DNA of 63,758 nucleotides from Bacilli bacterium (GTDB lineage: Bacteria; Bacillota_I; Bacilli_A; ML615J-28; CAG-698). Positions within the stretch are counted from its first letter, which is position 1, and each line of letters begins with the position of its first letter. Under the pieces are notes generated by a model. The model did not search any database, had not been told where the DNA came from, and saw only the letters and a program-made list of their open reading frames with translations. The stretch is taken from contig DAOSSK010000001.1 in NCBI GenBank assembly GCA_035377365.1, forward strand, positions 5,599-69,356, given 5' to 3'. This document shows positions 1-8,228 of this stretch, one piece after another. Made by a program: the position numbers and the translations under genes.

Positions 1-17
1 ATTGGGCAATCACAAAT

Positions 18-854
18 TCATTCTTTTTCAACACCAACGCCAACTTCAATACGATAGAAGTGTGAAACTGATGTTTCTTCTTGTTTTAAAAATTGTTCTA
101 CAGTGATATCAGAGTTTTTAACAAATTGTTGGTCAAGTAAGCAGATATCTTTTAAGTATCTATTAACTTTACCTTCAGCAATCTTATCAACGATTTTTTC
201 AGGTTTTCCTTCGTTAAGTGCTTCTTGTCTGAAAATAGCTTTTTCTCTTGCAAGGAAAGCTTCATCAACATCTGCTCTACTTAAATATGTAGGATTCATA
301 GCAGCTACGTGTAATGCAACATCATGAGCAGCATCTTCTTTTCCTTTGTATGTAATTACAACAACAATTCGACCATTCATATGCGAATAAACTTCAAATT
401 TTTCATCATCTTTTTTAGTAATTACTGATACATTACGTAAATCAATTTTTTCTCCAATAATAGCAGTTGCTTGAATAATAAGGTCTTCTACTGTACCTTC
501 TTCAGCTTTAACTTTTAAAGCTTCTTCAGTATTAGTAGCTTTACTCTTAAGTAATGCTTTTCCTACTTTTTCAACAACAGCTTGGAATTTATCTGTTTTA
601 GTAACGAAGTCTGTTTCACAGTTAATTTCATAAATTAATGTTTTATTTCCATTGATTAATGCTGAACAAATACCTTCAGCTGCAACTCTAGTTGCTTTTT
701 TAGCGGCTTTAGTAATTCCATTTTCTCTTAGCCAAACACTAGCTTTTTCTAGGTCTCCGCCTGTTTCAACTAAAGCTTTTTTACAATCCATCATTCCAGC
801 ACCAGTACGGTCTCTCAATTCTTTTACAAGTTGTGCACTAATAACAACAGCCAT
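18..854 (-). CDS. tsf: Translation elongation factor Ts
   Basis: 278-aa ORF with the EF-Ts N-terminal signature AQLVKELRDRTGAGMMDCKKAL. It lies directly downstream of rpsB with a TAATG stop/start overlap at 854. Confidence 0.95.
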   Translation of the reverse strand: MAVVISAQLVKELRDRTGAGMMDCKKALVETGGDLEKASVWLRENGITKAAKKATRVAAEGICSALINGNKTLIYEINCETDFVTKTDKFQAVVEKVGKALLKSKATNTEEALKVKAEEGTVEDLIIQATAIIGEKIDLRNVSVITKKDDEKFEVYSHMNGRIVVVITYKGKEDAAHDVALHVAAMNPTYLSRADVDEAFLAREKAIFRQEALNEGKPEKIVDKIAEGKVNRYLKDICLLDQQFVKNSDITVEQFLKQEETSVSHFYRIEVGVGVEKE

Positions 855-2242
855 TATTTTACCTCCTCTGTTACTTCTTCTACTTTAACTTTTATTTCTT
901 TTTTAGCCTTAGGGGCTTTTTCTTCTTTTACTTCAGCTGCTTCTTTTTTTACTCTCTTAGGTTTTTCTTCAACTTCAGCTTCTTCTTTTTCAGCTTTTGC
1001 AGCTTTTTTAGGTTTTGCTTCAACTTCAACTTCTTCTTTTTCGGCTTTAGCAGCTTTCTTAGGTTTTTCTTCTTTTTCTAATTTTACTTCTTTTTTGATC
1101 GCTTGTTTTTCTTTAACTTCTTTGATTTCTTCTTTCTTAGCCTTTTTCTTTTCTTCTAGTTCGATTTCCTTAGCTTTTTCCGTTTTATCGTCTACAGGTA
1201 AGATTAAAGCATCAACTTGTCTAACTCTTCTAGGTCTTCTTCCACGACCAAAACGTCCTTGTTGATGTGCATCAGCTGGTTCTTGTTCTTCTGGAACTAC
1301 GATTTCAACTGGTGGTAATCCTTTAGCAGTTGCAACTGCATTAGCCATAATTGCAGTAATTACTTTTACTGATCTAACAGCATCATCATTTCCTGGGATT
1401 ACATAATCAACTTCATCTGGATCACAGTTAGTATCTACTAAACCAAATAAAGGTATATTAAGTTTTCTAGCTTCAAGTACAGCATTACGCTCACTATTTG
1501 GATCAATTACAAACATAGCTTGAGGAATCTTAGTCATATCTCTGATTCCACTAAAGTATTTAACTAATTTTTCTTGTTCCTTTTTAATTAAAGCAACTTC
1601 TTTTTTAGTGTAACTTTCTAAAGTTCCTTCTGCATCCATTCTTTCAATATCTTCTAAACGTTTAATTGAACGTCTAATTGTTTTGAAGTTTGTAAGCATA
1701 CCACCTAACCATCTTTGGTCTACGTAGTATTCGCCACATCTTTCGGCTTCTTCTTTGATAATTTCTTGAATTTGTTTTCTTGTACCTACAAACAAAACTC
1801 TTCCGCCATTTTGCACAATAGTATAAAGTGCTTTGTAAGATTCATTAATACCTTCAATTGTTTTGTCTAGGTCAATGATATAAATACCATTCTTTTCTCC
1901 AAAAATATACTCTTTCATTTTAGGATTCCATTTGCGAGTATTATGACCAAATTGGACTCCTGCTTCTAGTAGCAAGTTACGACCTACGATTTCTTCTGAA
2001 TTGGCCTCTTCCTTAACTTCTACTTTGTCTTCAGCCTTTGCTTTAGCTTTTGCTTGTAGTTTTAATTCAACCTTTAGTTCAGCTTCTGGTTTTGCCTTTG
2101 GTTTTGGTTTTGCTTCAACTTCAACTTTAGCAACTTTCTTAGGTTTTTCTTCAGCCTTTGCTTCTGGTTTTGCTTTGGTTTTTACCTCAGCTTTTTCAGC
2201 TTCTTGTTGCTCTAACAACTCTTTTTCTTTCATTTTTTTCAC
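854..2242 (-). CDS. rpsB: 30S ribosomal protein S2 with long Lys/Glu/Ala-rich N- and C-terminal extensions
   Basis: 462-aa ORF whose central part is canonical S2 ([35 protein letters not shown]...). It is flanked by a ~85-aa N-terminal and a ~140-aa C-terminal low-complexity KE-rich region. An AAGGAG SD lies 8 nt before the ATG at 2242. Confidence 0.9.
   Translation of the reverse strand: MKKMKEKELLEQQEAEKAEVKTKAKPEAKAEEKPKKVAKVEVEAKPKPKAKPEAELKVELKLQAKAKAKAEDKVEVKEEANSEEIVGRNLLLEAGVQFGHNTRKWNPKMKEYIFGEKNGIYIIDLDKTIEGINESYKALYTIVQNGGRVLFVGTRKQIQEIIKEEAERCGEYYVDQRWLGGMLTNFKTIRRSIKRLEDIERMDAEGTLESYTKKEVALIKKEQEKLVKYFSGIRDMTKIPQAMFVIDPNSERNAVLEARKLNIPLFGLVDTNCDPDEVDYVIPGNDDAVRSVKVITAIMANAVATAKGLPPVEIVVPEEQEPADAHQQGRFGRGRRPRRVRQVDALILPVDDKTEKAKEIELEEKKKAKKEEIKEVKEKQAIKKEVKLEKEEKPKKAAKAEKEEVEVEAKPKKAAKAEKEEAEVEEKPKRVKKEAAEVKEEKAPKAKKEIKVKVEEVTEEVK
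957..1075 (-). repeat. In-frame 51-nt (17-aa) tandem repeat inside the rpsB 3' extension, about 2.3 copies
   Basis: The plus-strand motif ttagg recurs at 957, 1008 and 1059. The units encode [17 protein letters not shown] / [17 protein letters not shown] / [15 protein letters not shown]. Confidence 0.8.
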
Positions 2243-2352
2243 TCCTTTTTTTCTTTTGTTAAGCCTCCACCCTCTTCATAGATTCCCGCCCACTTCAAGC
2301 TAAAAGTGACATGACGATTGTCTCCAAGGATGTGTGTTTTTAAGACTAAATT

Positions 2353-2381
2353 ATTATATCATAACTTAAATTAATTTGCAA
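2353..2381 (-). promoter_or_regulatory. Predicted sigma-A promoter of rpsB-tsf (TTGCAA-17-TATAAT)
   Basis: On the minus strand the -35 TTGCAA is at 2381-2376 and the -10 TATAAT at 2358-2353, with a 17-nt spacer. This leaves a leader of about 100 nt before the rpsB ATG. Confidence 0.55.
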
Positions 2382-2391
2382 ACATTTCTTG

Positions 2392-2844
2392 TTATTTAGT
2401 ACTACCAATACCACCTTTTCTTAACTTAGTAGTAGTATCACCATCTACAGTTAAATACTTCAAAAATATCCCTTGAATAAAGCGATCTCCTCTTTTTAAA
2501 TAGATATCTTCATCAGTATTGTTTGTTAGGGAAACGATAATTTCCCCATCATTATCTTCATTACTAAAGTAATCACTATCAATAATCCCTACATTATTGG
2601 TAAGTGTTATTCCTTTTTTAATTGCATAACTACTTCTAATAAACAAAAACAAAACTTCATCTTTTTTCATATATGCTTTAAGATTAGTCTTAACTTGTAC
2701 CTTTTTCTTAGCTTTTAAAACTACATCACAAGGTAGGTAAAAATCATAGCCTGCAGAATATTTTGTAGCTCTTTTAGGAATTAAGATATCTTCTTCTTTA
2801 TAAGTAAGTAGTTCATCTTTAATTAACATAAATCCTCTATTCAT
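2392..2844 (-). CDS. dut: dUTP diphosphatase (trimeric dUTPase)
   Basis: Motifs SAGYDF, GIIDSDY, RGDRFIQ and C-terminal RKGGIGST are present. The start is ambiguous (ATG 2844 or 2829; the ORF track extends to 2880, overlapping the xerC 3' end). Confidence 0.8.
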   Translation of the reverse strand: MNRGFMLIKDELLTYKEEDILIPKRATKYSAGYDFYLPCDVVLKAKKKVQVKTNLKAYMKKDEVLFLFIRSSYAIKKGITLTNNVGIIDSDYFSNEDNDGEIIVSLTNNTDEDIYLKRGDRFIQGIFLKYLTVDGDTTTKLRKGGIGSTK

Positions 2845-3757
2845 CTTTATGGGCATCCTTTCTTGGAAAATATTTATCATAATTTTCTTTTAATTTTTCT
2901 TTTGAAATATGAGTGTAAATTTGGGTAGTAGATAGATTTTCATGACCTAATAATTCTTGCACACTTCTTAAATCTGCCCCATTATCAAGTAAATCACTGG
3001 CAAATGAGTGTCTAAGCATATGGGGATGAATCTTCATCCCAAGTCCTGCATCATCTGCTAGTTTATCTAAAATAACTCTTACACCTCTAACTGTTAGAGG
3101 CGTTCCCTTAAAATTCAAAAATAATTCATCTGGTATCTCACCAGTTGTATTATTAGCTAATAGTTTAGATCTTGAATTATCTAAATAATCTAAAATTGCA
3201 TCTTTAATTCCTTCATAAATAGGAACATATCTTTCTTTATTACCTTTACCCATTACTAAAATATTAGAATTGTAATAATCAATATCTCTAATTCTTAAAG
3301 AGCAAAGTTCAGATACTCTTATTCCCATACCATATAATACTTCTAAAATAGCATAATCCCTAATTCCTAAAGGAGTTTTTTTATCAATTACATTAAATAG
3401 TTTATCGATATCTTCTGGATATAACCTTTCGGGTAAAGTTTGATTTTGTTTTACTGACTTTATCTCGCCAAAAGGATTAGATTCTTTTATCCCTTCTTGA
3501 ACTAAGAAACGATAAAAACTCCTTAAACTTGAAAGTTTACGATTAACTGATTTTGGTTCAAAACGTTCGTTTAAATAAGCTAAATAATATCTTGGAATAT
3601 TTGAAGAAATTTTTTGGATTGAAGAAAACTCATTTATCTTTAAATAAGCTTGAAAATCTTTTATATCTCTTCTGTAACTTCTAACAGTATGAAATGAATA
3701 ATTTCTCTCAATACTTAAATAGTCATTAAAAGCTTTAATTAATTGTTCATCAGTCAT
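2837..3757 (-). CDS. xerC: Tyrosine recombinase XerC/CodV type
   Basis: 306 aa with an N-terminal SAM-like domain and a catalytic region HPHMLRHSFA...LLGHENLSTTQIYTH. It sits immediately downstream of trmFO, as in the Bacillus trmFO-codV locus. Confidence 0.85.
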   Translation of the reverse strand: MTDEQLIKAFNDYLSIERNYSFHTVRSYRRDIKDFQAYLKINEFSSIQKISSNIPRYYLAYLNERFEPKSVNRKLSSLRSFYRFLVQEGIKESNPFGEIKSVKQNQTLPERLYPEDIDKLFNVIDKKTPLGIRDYAILEVLYGMGIRVSELCSLRIRDIDYYNSNILVMGKGNKERYVPIYEGIKDAILDYLDNSRSKLLANNTTGEIPDELFLNFKGTPLTVRGVRVILDKLADDAGLGMKIHPHMLRHSFASDLLDNGADLRSVQELLGHENLSTTQIYTHISKEKLKENYDKYFPRKDAHKDE

Positions 3758-5045
3758 TGATTTTCTCCTTTATTTTCCTTATTTCACTTAAACTTCTTTC
3801 AGCAATCAACTCTCTTTTTTCTATCTTTTTCGCTCTTCTTTCAAGATCATCAATAATTCCAAAATTAATATTCATTGGTTGAAAATTGCTATTAGGTGTT
3901 GCAATGTAAGATGCTAAAGCACCAATAGCCGTTTTTGAAGAAAACTCAATCATCTCTTTACCATTAAGTAATCTTCCTAAATTTAATCCTACTAAAAGTC
4001 CAGATGCTGTTGACTCTACATATCCTTCAACACCTGTAATCTGCCCTGCAAAAAATACTTTTGGATTACTTTTTAGTTGGTAGAAACTATTTAAAACTTT
4101 AGGCGAATTAATATAAGTATTTCGGTGCATAACCCCATATCGCATAATCTCTGCTTTTTCTAAACCTGGAATTAAATTAATGATTTTCTTTTGCTCACCA
4201 AATTTCAAACTCGTTTGAAAACCAACTAAATTATATAAAGACTTGCTAGCATCATCTGGTCTTAACTGAACTACTGCGTAAGGAGTCTTCTTTGTTTTAG
4301 GATTTTCTAAACCAACAGATTTTAATGGCCCAAAAAGCAAAGTCTCTTTTCCTCTTACAGCTAAATCTTCAATTGGAACACAAGCTTCAAATACTTTACG
4401 TTCAAAGTCTTTCGGTTTAACTTTTTCTGCTTCTATTAAAGATTTATAAAAAACATTATATTCTTCTTCAGTTAAAGGACAATTGTAATATGAAGCTTCT
4501 CCCTTATCATATCTATTCTTTAAATATGCTTTAGACTTATCAATACTACTTTCTAAAACAATTGGTGCAACTGCATCAAAAAAATATAAATCTTCTTGAT
4601 TTAAATACTTTTTTAAATACTTAGAGAACTCATCACTAGTTAATGGACCTGTTGCGATTATAGTATAACTATCATCTATACTAACTACTTCTTCATTATG
4701 AAAAGTTACTAAAGGATGATTTTTTAAATAATTAGTAATATCTAAAGAAAATTGATTACGATCTACCGCTAAAGCAGTTCCAGCTTCAATTTGGTTTTTG
4801 TCTGCACTTTTCATAATTAAAGAATCAAGGCTTCTTAATTCTTCTTTTAATAAACCCACAGCATTAGTAATATCATTACTTCTTAAGCTGTTAGAACATA
4901 CAAGTTCAGAAAAATAAGTGGTCTCATGAGCTTCGGTATTCTTAACACCTCTCATTTCATAAAGATCAACTTTGATTCCTTGTTTTATTAATTGATATGT
5001 AGCTTCTGAACCAGCTAGGCCAGCACCAATAATTTTAACTCTCAT
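3750..5045 (-). CDS. trmFO: Methylenetetrahydrofolate--tRNA-(uracil54-C5)-methyltransferase
   Basis: 431 aa with the FAD fold start MRVKIIGAGLAGSEATYQL and GidA-related body motifs (VCSNSLRS, FAGQITGVEGYVES). The stop is TGA, overlapping the xerC start by 8 nt. Confidence 0.9.
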   Translation of the reverse strand: MRVKIIGAGLAGSEATYQLIKQGIKVDLYEMRGVKNTEAHETTYFSELVCSNSLRSNDITNAVGLLKEELRSLDSLIMKSADKNQIEAGTALAVDRNQFSLDITNYLKNHPLVTFHNEEVVSIDDSYTIIATGPLTSDEFSKYLKKYLNQEDLYFFDAVAPIVLESSIDKSKAYLKNRYDKGEASYYNCPLTEEEYNVFYKSLIEAEKVKPKDFERKVFEACVPIEDLAVRGKETLLFGPLKSVGLENPKTKKTPYAVVQLRPDDASKSLYNLVGFQTSLKFGEQKKIINLIPGLEKAEIMRYGVMHRNTYINSPKVLNSFYQLKSNPKVFFAGQITGVEGYVESTASGLLVGLNLGRLLNGKEMIEFSSKTAIGALASYIATPNSNFQPMNINFGIIDDLERRAKKIEKRELIAERSLSEIRKIKEKIND

Positions 5046-5080
5046 ATTTAACTTCCTATCTATATTATAACTTATCTTTT

Positions 5081-6379
5081 CTATTTTACAAAACGTTTAA
5101 TTTCCCAATAACCAGTTTTATTTGACCCTATGCGTACTATATAACCTTTTTCTTTTAAACCTTTAAGAGCATTGTTAATAGCTGTTTGTTTGATATCTAA
5201 AACACTTATTAATTTTCTTACACTTAAATTTGGATTTTTATTAAGAGCAAGAAAAACTTTCTTTTCTGATCTTGTTAGATTTTCATTTTCAACTATTTTA
5301 TCCCTTTCCTCGTTTTCTTTTGAAAAAGGCAATGTAACCGTAATAAAGTTTTCCGTTATTTCAAAAACATTACGGCCATATTTGCTTACGATTAGTGGAA
5401 CGCCATGTCCTGTTTGTTCAATTAAATTTAATTGACCCATAATTTTTTGTAACTCAATATTTACTGGTTTACTTTTTCCACTAAAAAAATCTTCTTCTGA
5501 AAAATCGGCTGGTAAACCTCCAGTAGAAATAACTTCGATCCTATTGGAATAAACATAAACTGCAGGTGGCGTTAATCTCGACCACTTATTGTGTAAACAC
5601 GCATTTAACCAAGCCTCTCTAAAACAATTAAAATCAAAAAGTGTTCTTTCCTCTCTTACCGAGCTTTCAATCTGGACAAAAGTTTTATTTATGGCTTCAA
5701 TATAATCTAAAACTTGAATAGCAGCTAAAATCATACACTTATAACCATATTCATTTCTTTGAATTAACTCTGTTTTATCTACACCGTTAAATCTAGCAAC
5801 CTTAATTGAATAAACATTATTATCTGATAAAATATCTGCCATTAGATTATACTTGTTATCACTAGTTCTTAATCTTAGGTTGTGTTCAAAAGAAGCATCA
5901 TTAATTGTTAATCCATGGCTTAAATATAATCCCTTAAGTTGAGTGAATGATAAATTTTGATTATTTGATTCTATCTTTACAATTGATTCTAAATTGTCTT
6001 TAGTCATTAACTCTTTTAATTTAAGAGGGGATATTTCTCTATCTTCATCACCAGATCTAATATAATATTTACCATAAGCTGAATAAGGCTTATCCTCACC
6101 TTTTACCTCTACTTTAATACGATTCAATTCATTCACATATTCTATTGAAAGGATAGGTATAATTTGTGGTTTAATATGATTTGCAACTGCTTGTGAGATA
6201 TCTTTTAAAGTATCTTGTCCTATTTCTTGTCTGACAGTTTGTCCATTATTTTTGACTCCAAAATATAAAAGCCCATATCCACTCTTATTAAGCATAGCCG
6301 ATAAAGAAATTATTGCTTCTTTTAATTCCCCAGTAGATTTTTTAAATTCCAAAGTTTCGTTTTCTAAACCTAAATTCAT
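5081..6379 (-). CDS. AlbA_2 (Schlafen-like divergent AAA) / HATPase_c_4 / winged-HTH protein, putative transcriptional regulator
   Basis: The N-terminus ENETLEFKKSTGELKEAIISLSAMLNKSGYGLLYFGVKNNG is typical of AlbA_2. The middle FREAWLNACLHNKW...IEVISTGGLP is typical of the HATPase_c_4 region, and the C-terminal LTRSEKKVFLAL...GYIVRIGSNKTGYWEI is wHTH-like. The gene has its own promoter and an AGGAG SD. Confidence 0.6.
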   Translation of the reverse strand: MNLGLENETLEFKKSTGELKEAIISLSAMLNKSGYGLLYFGVKNNGQTVRQEIGQDTLKDISQAVANHIKPQIIPILSIEYVNELNRIKVEVKGEDKPYSAYGKYYIRSGDEDREISPLKLKELMTKDNLESIVKIESNNQNLSFTQLKGLYLSHGLTINDASFEHNLRLRTSDNKYNLMADILSDNNVYSIKVARFNGVDKTELIQRNEYGYKCMILAAIQVLDYIEAINKTFVQIESSVREERTLFDFNCFREAWLNACLHNKWSRLTPPAVYVYSNRIEVISTGGLPADFSEEDFFSGKSKPVNIELQKIMGQLNLIEQTGHGVPLIVSKYGRNVFEITENFITVTLPFSKENEERDKIVENENLTRSEKKVFLALNKNPNLSVRKLISVLDIKQTAINNALKGLKEKGYIVRIGSNKTGYWEIKRFVK

Positions 6380-6394
6380 CTTTTTCTCCTCTTT

Positions 6395-6424
6395 TTATTC
6401 TACTCTTATTCTACGTTTATTCTA
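6395..6424 (-). repeat. Three direct copies of (G)TAGAATAA phased at exactly 11 nt in the promoter/5' UTR of the AlbA_2 gene
   Basis: The minus strand reads GTG-TAGAATAA-ACG-TAGAATAA-GAG-TAGAATAA-AAAG. The plus-strand copies of ttattcta are at 6395-6402, 6406-6413 and 6417-6424. Confidence 0.85.
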
Positions 6425-6447
6425 CACTTTATTATCCTTTTTGTCAA
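6419..6447 (-). promoter_or_regulatory. Predicted sigma-A promoter (TTGACA-17-TAGAAT) of the AlbA_2-family gene
   Basis: The -35 TTGACA is at 6447-6442 and the -10 TAGAAT at 6424-6419, with a 17-nt spacer. The -10 is the first copy of the phased repeat. Confidence 0.6.
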
Positions 6448-6476
6448 TACATTTAGAAAGTAAAATTATCAATATT

Positions 6477-6501
6477 AAAAAAGTCTAGCAAATTGCTAAA
6501 C
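6477..6501 (-). terminator. Intrinsic terminator after the CPBP-TPR operon
   Basis: RNA GUUUAGCA-AUU-UGCUAGAC forms an 8-bp stem with one G.U pair, followed by a U6 tract. It overlaps the TPR gene stop codon (TAG at 6496-6498). Confidence 0.6.
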
Positions 6502-7413
6502 TTTTCCTAATTCTTTTTCTAACTTTTGAAAATATTCTGTATTTAAATAATCCTTAATTCCTTTATCTTCAAGCATATATTCATAATAGTCATAATCTTT
6601 AAAAATAACGTATTTGAATAAATCAGTTGCTTCTTGTAAATTATCATTCATAACATTAAAACAAGCATAGTTATACCAAAGATCTAAAAAATCAGGATAC
6701 TTAGTAAGTCCTTTCGCATAAGTCTTTTTTGCTTTTTCATAATCTTTATCAATATCTTCATAAATTAATGCTAGGTTCAAATAAACATTAGGTACTATTT
6801 GCTCTTGATTTAACTCTTCCAAATAATAACCTTTAGCTATATTAAAAAAACCCATTTTACCATAAACAACACCTAAGTTATAATTAACCATATAACCTTT
6901 TGGATCAATCTTATAAGCCATTGTGAATAATTCTAAAGCTTTAGTATCATAATTTTTCTTTTCAAAACAGCTTCCCAAATTAAGATTAAGCCAATAATTG
7001 TTTGGTTCTAACTCCCATGCTTTTTCATAGTACTCTAATTCTTTATCGTCATTGCCTATTCTTTCATAGGCTAAAGCTAAGTTGCGATAAACAGCATATG
7101 ATTTACTTCTTTGTTTTTCTGCTAATAGTCCATATTCAATTGTTTTAGAAATATTTTCTTTTGTAAGGTATAAACCAACTAGCATCTCTTTTGCGACAAC
7201 TTCTTCAGGTATCACTACATCTAGAACTTTAAAACAGTCAATAGCTTGATCAATCTCACCAACGTAAATATATGCTCTTCCTAAATTCAGTAAATCCCCA
7301 GCTGTTGCTTTTTGGCTAAAGGCTTGTTTATAAATAACAATTGCTTGTTCATAGTCGCCTTTATCCATTGCCTTATTAGCTTTCTTGATAAGTTTACGAT
7401 ATTTTCTACCCAT
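6496..7413 (-). CDS. Tetratricopeptide-repeat (TPR) protein
   Basis: 305 aa with repeated 34-aa TPR-like units (e.g. YRNLALAYERIGNDDKELEYYEKAWELEPNN, NLGVVYGKMGFFNIAKGYY). It has no TM segment. Its start overlaps the CPBP stop (TAATG at 7413). Confidence 0.7.
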   Translation of the reverse strand: MGRKYRKLIKKANKAMDKGDYEQAIVIYKQAFSQKATAGDLLNLGRAYIYVGEIDQAIDCFKVLDVVIPEEVVAKEMLVGLYLTKENISKTIEYGLLAEKQRSKSYAVYRNLALAYERIGNDDKELEYYEKAWELEPNNYWLNLNLGSCFEKKNYDTKALELFTMAYKIDPKGYMVNYNLGVVYGKMGFFNIAKGYYLEELNQEQIVPNVYLNLALIYEDIDKDYEKAKKTYAKGLTKYPDFLDLWYNYACFNVMNDNLQEATDLFKYVIFKDYDYYEYMLEDKGIKDYLNTEYFQKLEKELGKV

Positions 7414-8144
7414 TATGCTACCCCACTTGAAAGAATCATGGCAAGAGCAGCAAATGAGTTAATAACAAAGTGAATTCCAATTGGAACCAAAATATTGTTT
7501 TTAGACAAATGATATGCTAAAGATAACACAACTGCTTGAGGTAAGTATAACAAAATATATTGGAAATCTCCGCTCATAAGGTGAATTAGCGCAAATATAA
7601 GTGAACTAATTATAATAGCTGACCATGCCGGCCATTTAAGTTTGTCTTCAATAATCCCGAATAAGAATTTACGGAAGATTAGCTCTTCTAAAATTGGAGC
7701 GAAAATTACAATTGAAATAAGCATAACATAACCATACTTACTTAAAATAGTTTCTTCCAAAGTTGATTGATTCGCCGATGTTCCCTCTAATCCAATTAAC
7801 GAATAAAAAATATTTACCATTATTGACAAAGCAAAAATAGCTATTGTTCCTGCTACAATTAAAACAATCGGAAGCCAAACTTTTTTCTTTATTTTCTTCC
7901 AGTCTTCTATAAACAACCTTCTTGAAAAATAAAGTGATATTGCCAAGATAGGAAATAACCCTGCTGTTTGCGCAAAAATAGCAATTGGTGTAAATTCAGG
8001 AGCTGTTGTATCAATACCTTGAGCTATGCCATAAATAATTGCCAATATTGCAGGGGCAAGTAAATATGCACCCAACAACAAAAAGAACCACATTATATGG
8101 TTAAAGTCACTATTTAATTTGATTCTCCTTTGTGTTGATGTCAT
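7413..8144 (-). CDS. CPBP family (CAAX/Abi) intramembrane glutamic endopeptidase
   Basis: Polytopic membrane protein with the CPBP motifs EELIFRKFLFG, FALIHL and HFVINS. The preferred start is ATG 8144 (AAGGAG 8 nt upstream); the ORF-track GTG at 8153 abuts the SD. Confidence 0.75.
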   Translation of the reverse strand: MTSTQRRIKLNSDFNHIMWFFLLLGAYLLAPAILAIIYGIAQGIDTTAPEFTPIAIFAQTAGLFPILAISLYFSRRLFIEDWKKIKKKVWLPIVLIVAGTIAIFALSIMVNIFYSLIGLEGTSANQSTLEETILSKYGYVMLISIVIFAPILEELIFRKFLFGIIEDKLKWPAWSAIIISSLIFALIHLMSGDFQYILLYLPQAVVLSLAYHLSKNNILVPIGIHFVINSFAALAMILSSGVA

Positions 8145-8163
8145 ATCTCTCACTCCTTTTGTT

Positions 8164-8192
8164 ATTATATCATACTTTTATAATTTTACTAA
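8164..8192 (-). promoter_or_regulatory. Predicted sigma-A promoter (TTAGTA-17-TATAAT) for the CPBP-TPR operon
   Basis: The -35 is at 8192-8187 and the -10 at 8169-8164, with a 17-nt spacer. It lies immediately downstream of the thrS terminator. Confidence 0.5.
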
Positions 8193-8202
8193 GTATTTTA
8201 TT

Positions 8203-8228
8203 AAAAAAGTAATAGCTTAACTATTACT
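8203..8228 (-). terminator. Intrinsic terminator of thrS
   Basis: An AGUAAUAG / CUAUUACU 8-bp stem with a 5-nt loop, followed by a U-tract. The hairpin includes the thrS stop codon. Confidence 0.7.

Noticed and set aside
957-1075. A 51-nt tandem repeat that could be taken for a minisatellite or CRISPR-like array.
   Set aside because: The copies are contiguous with no spacers, in frame, and encode a 17-aa KE-rich unit of the S2 tail. This is a coding low-complexity repeat, not a CRISPR array.
103-2303. Plus-strand ORFs 103-327, 652-888, 831-1265 and 2001-2303, which encode Ser/Phe/Leu/Ala-rich peptides.
   Set aside because: They are antisense to tsf and to the Lys/Glu-rich rpsB extensions. 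Their composition is simply the complement of AAR/GAR-rich coding sequence. They have no SD or promoter.
2837-3757. A tyrosine recombinase as a possible integrase marking a mobile element.
   Set aside because: It sits in the conserved trmFO-xerC(codV) arrangement and overlaps trmFO by 8 nt. There are no flanking repeats, tRNA target or cargo genes. It is a housekeeping Xer recombinase.
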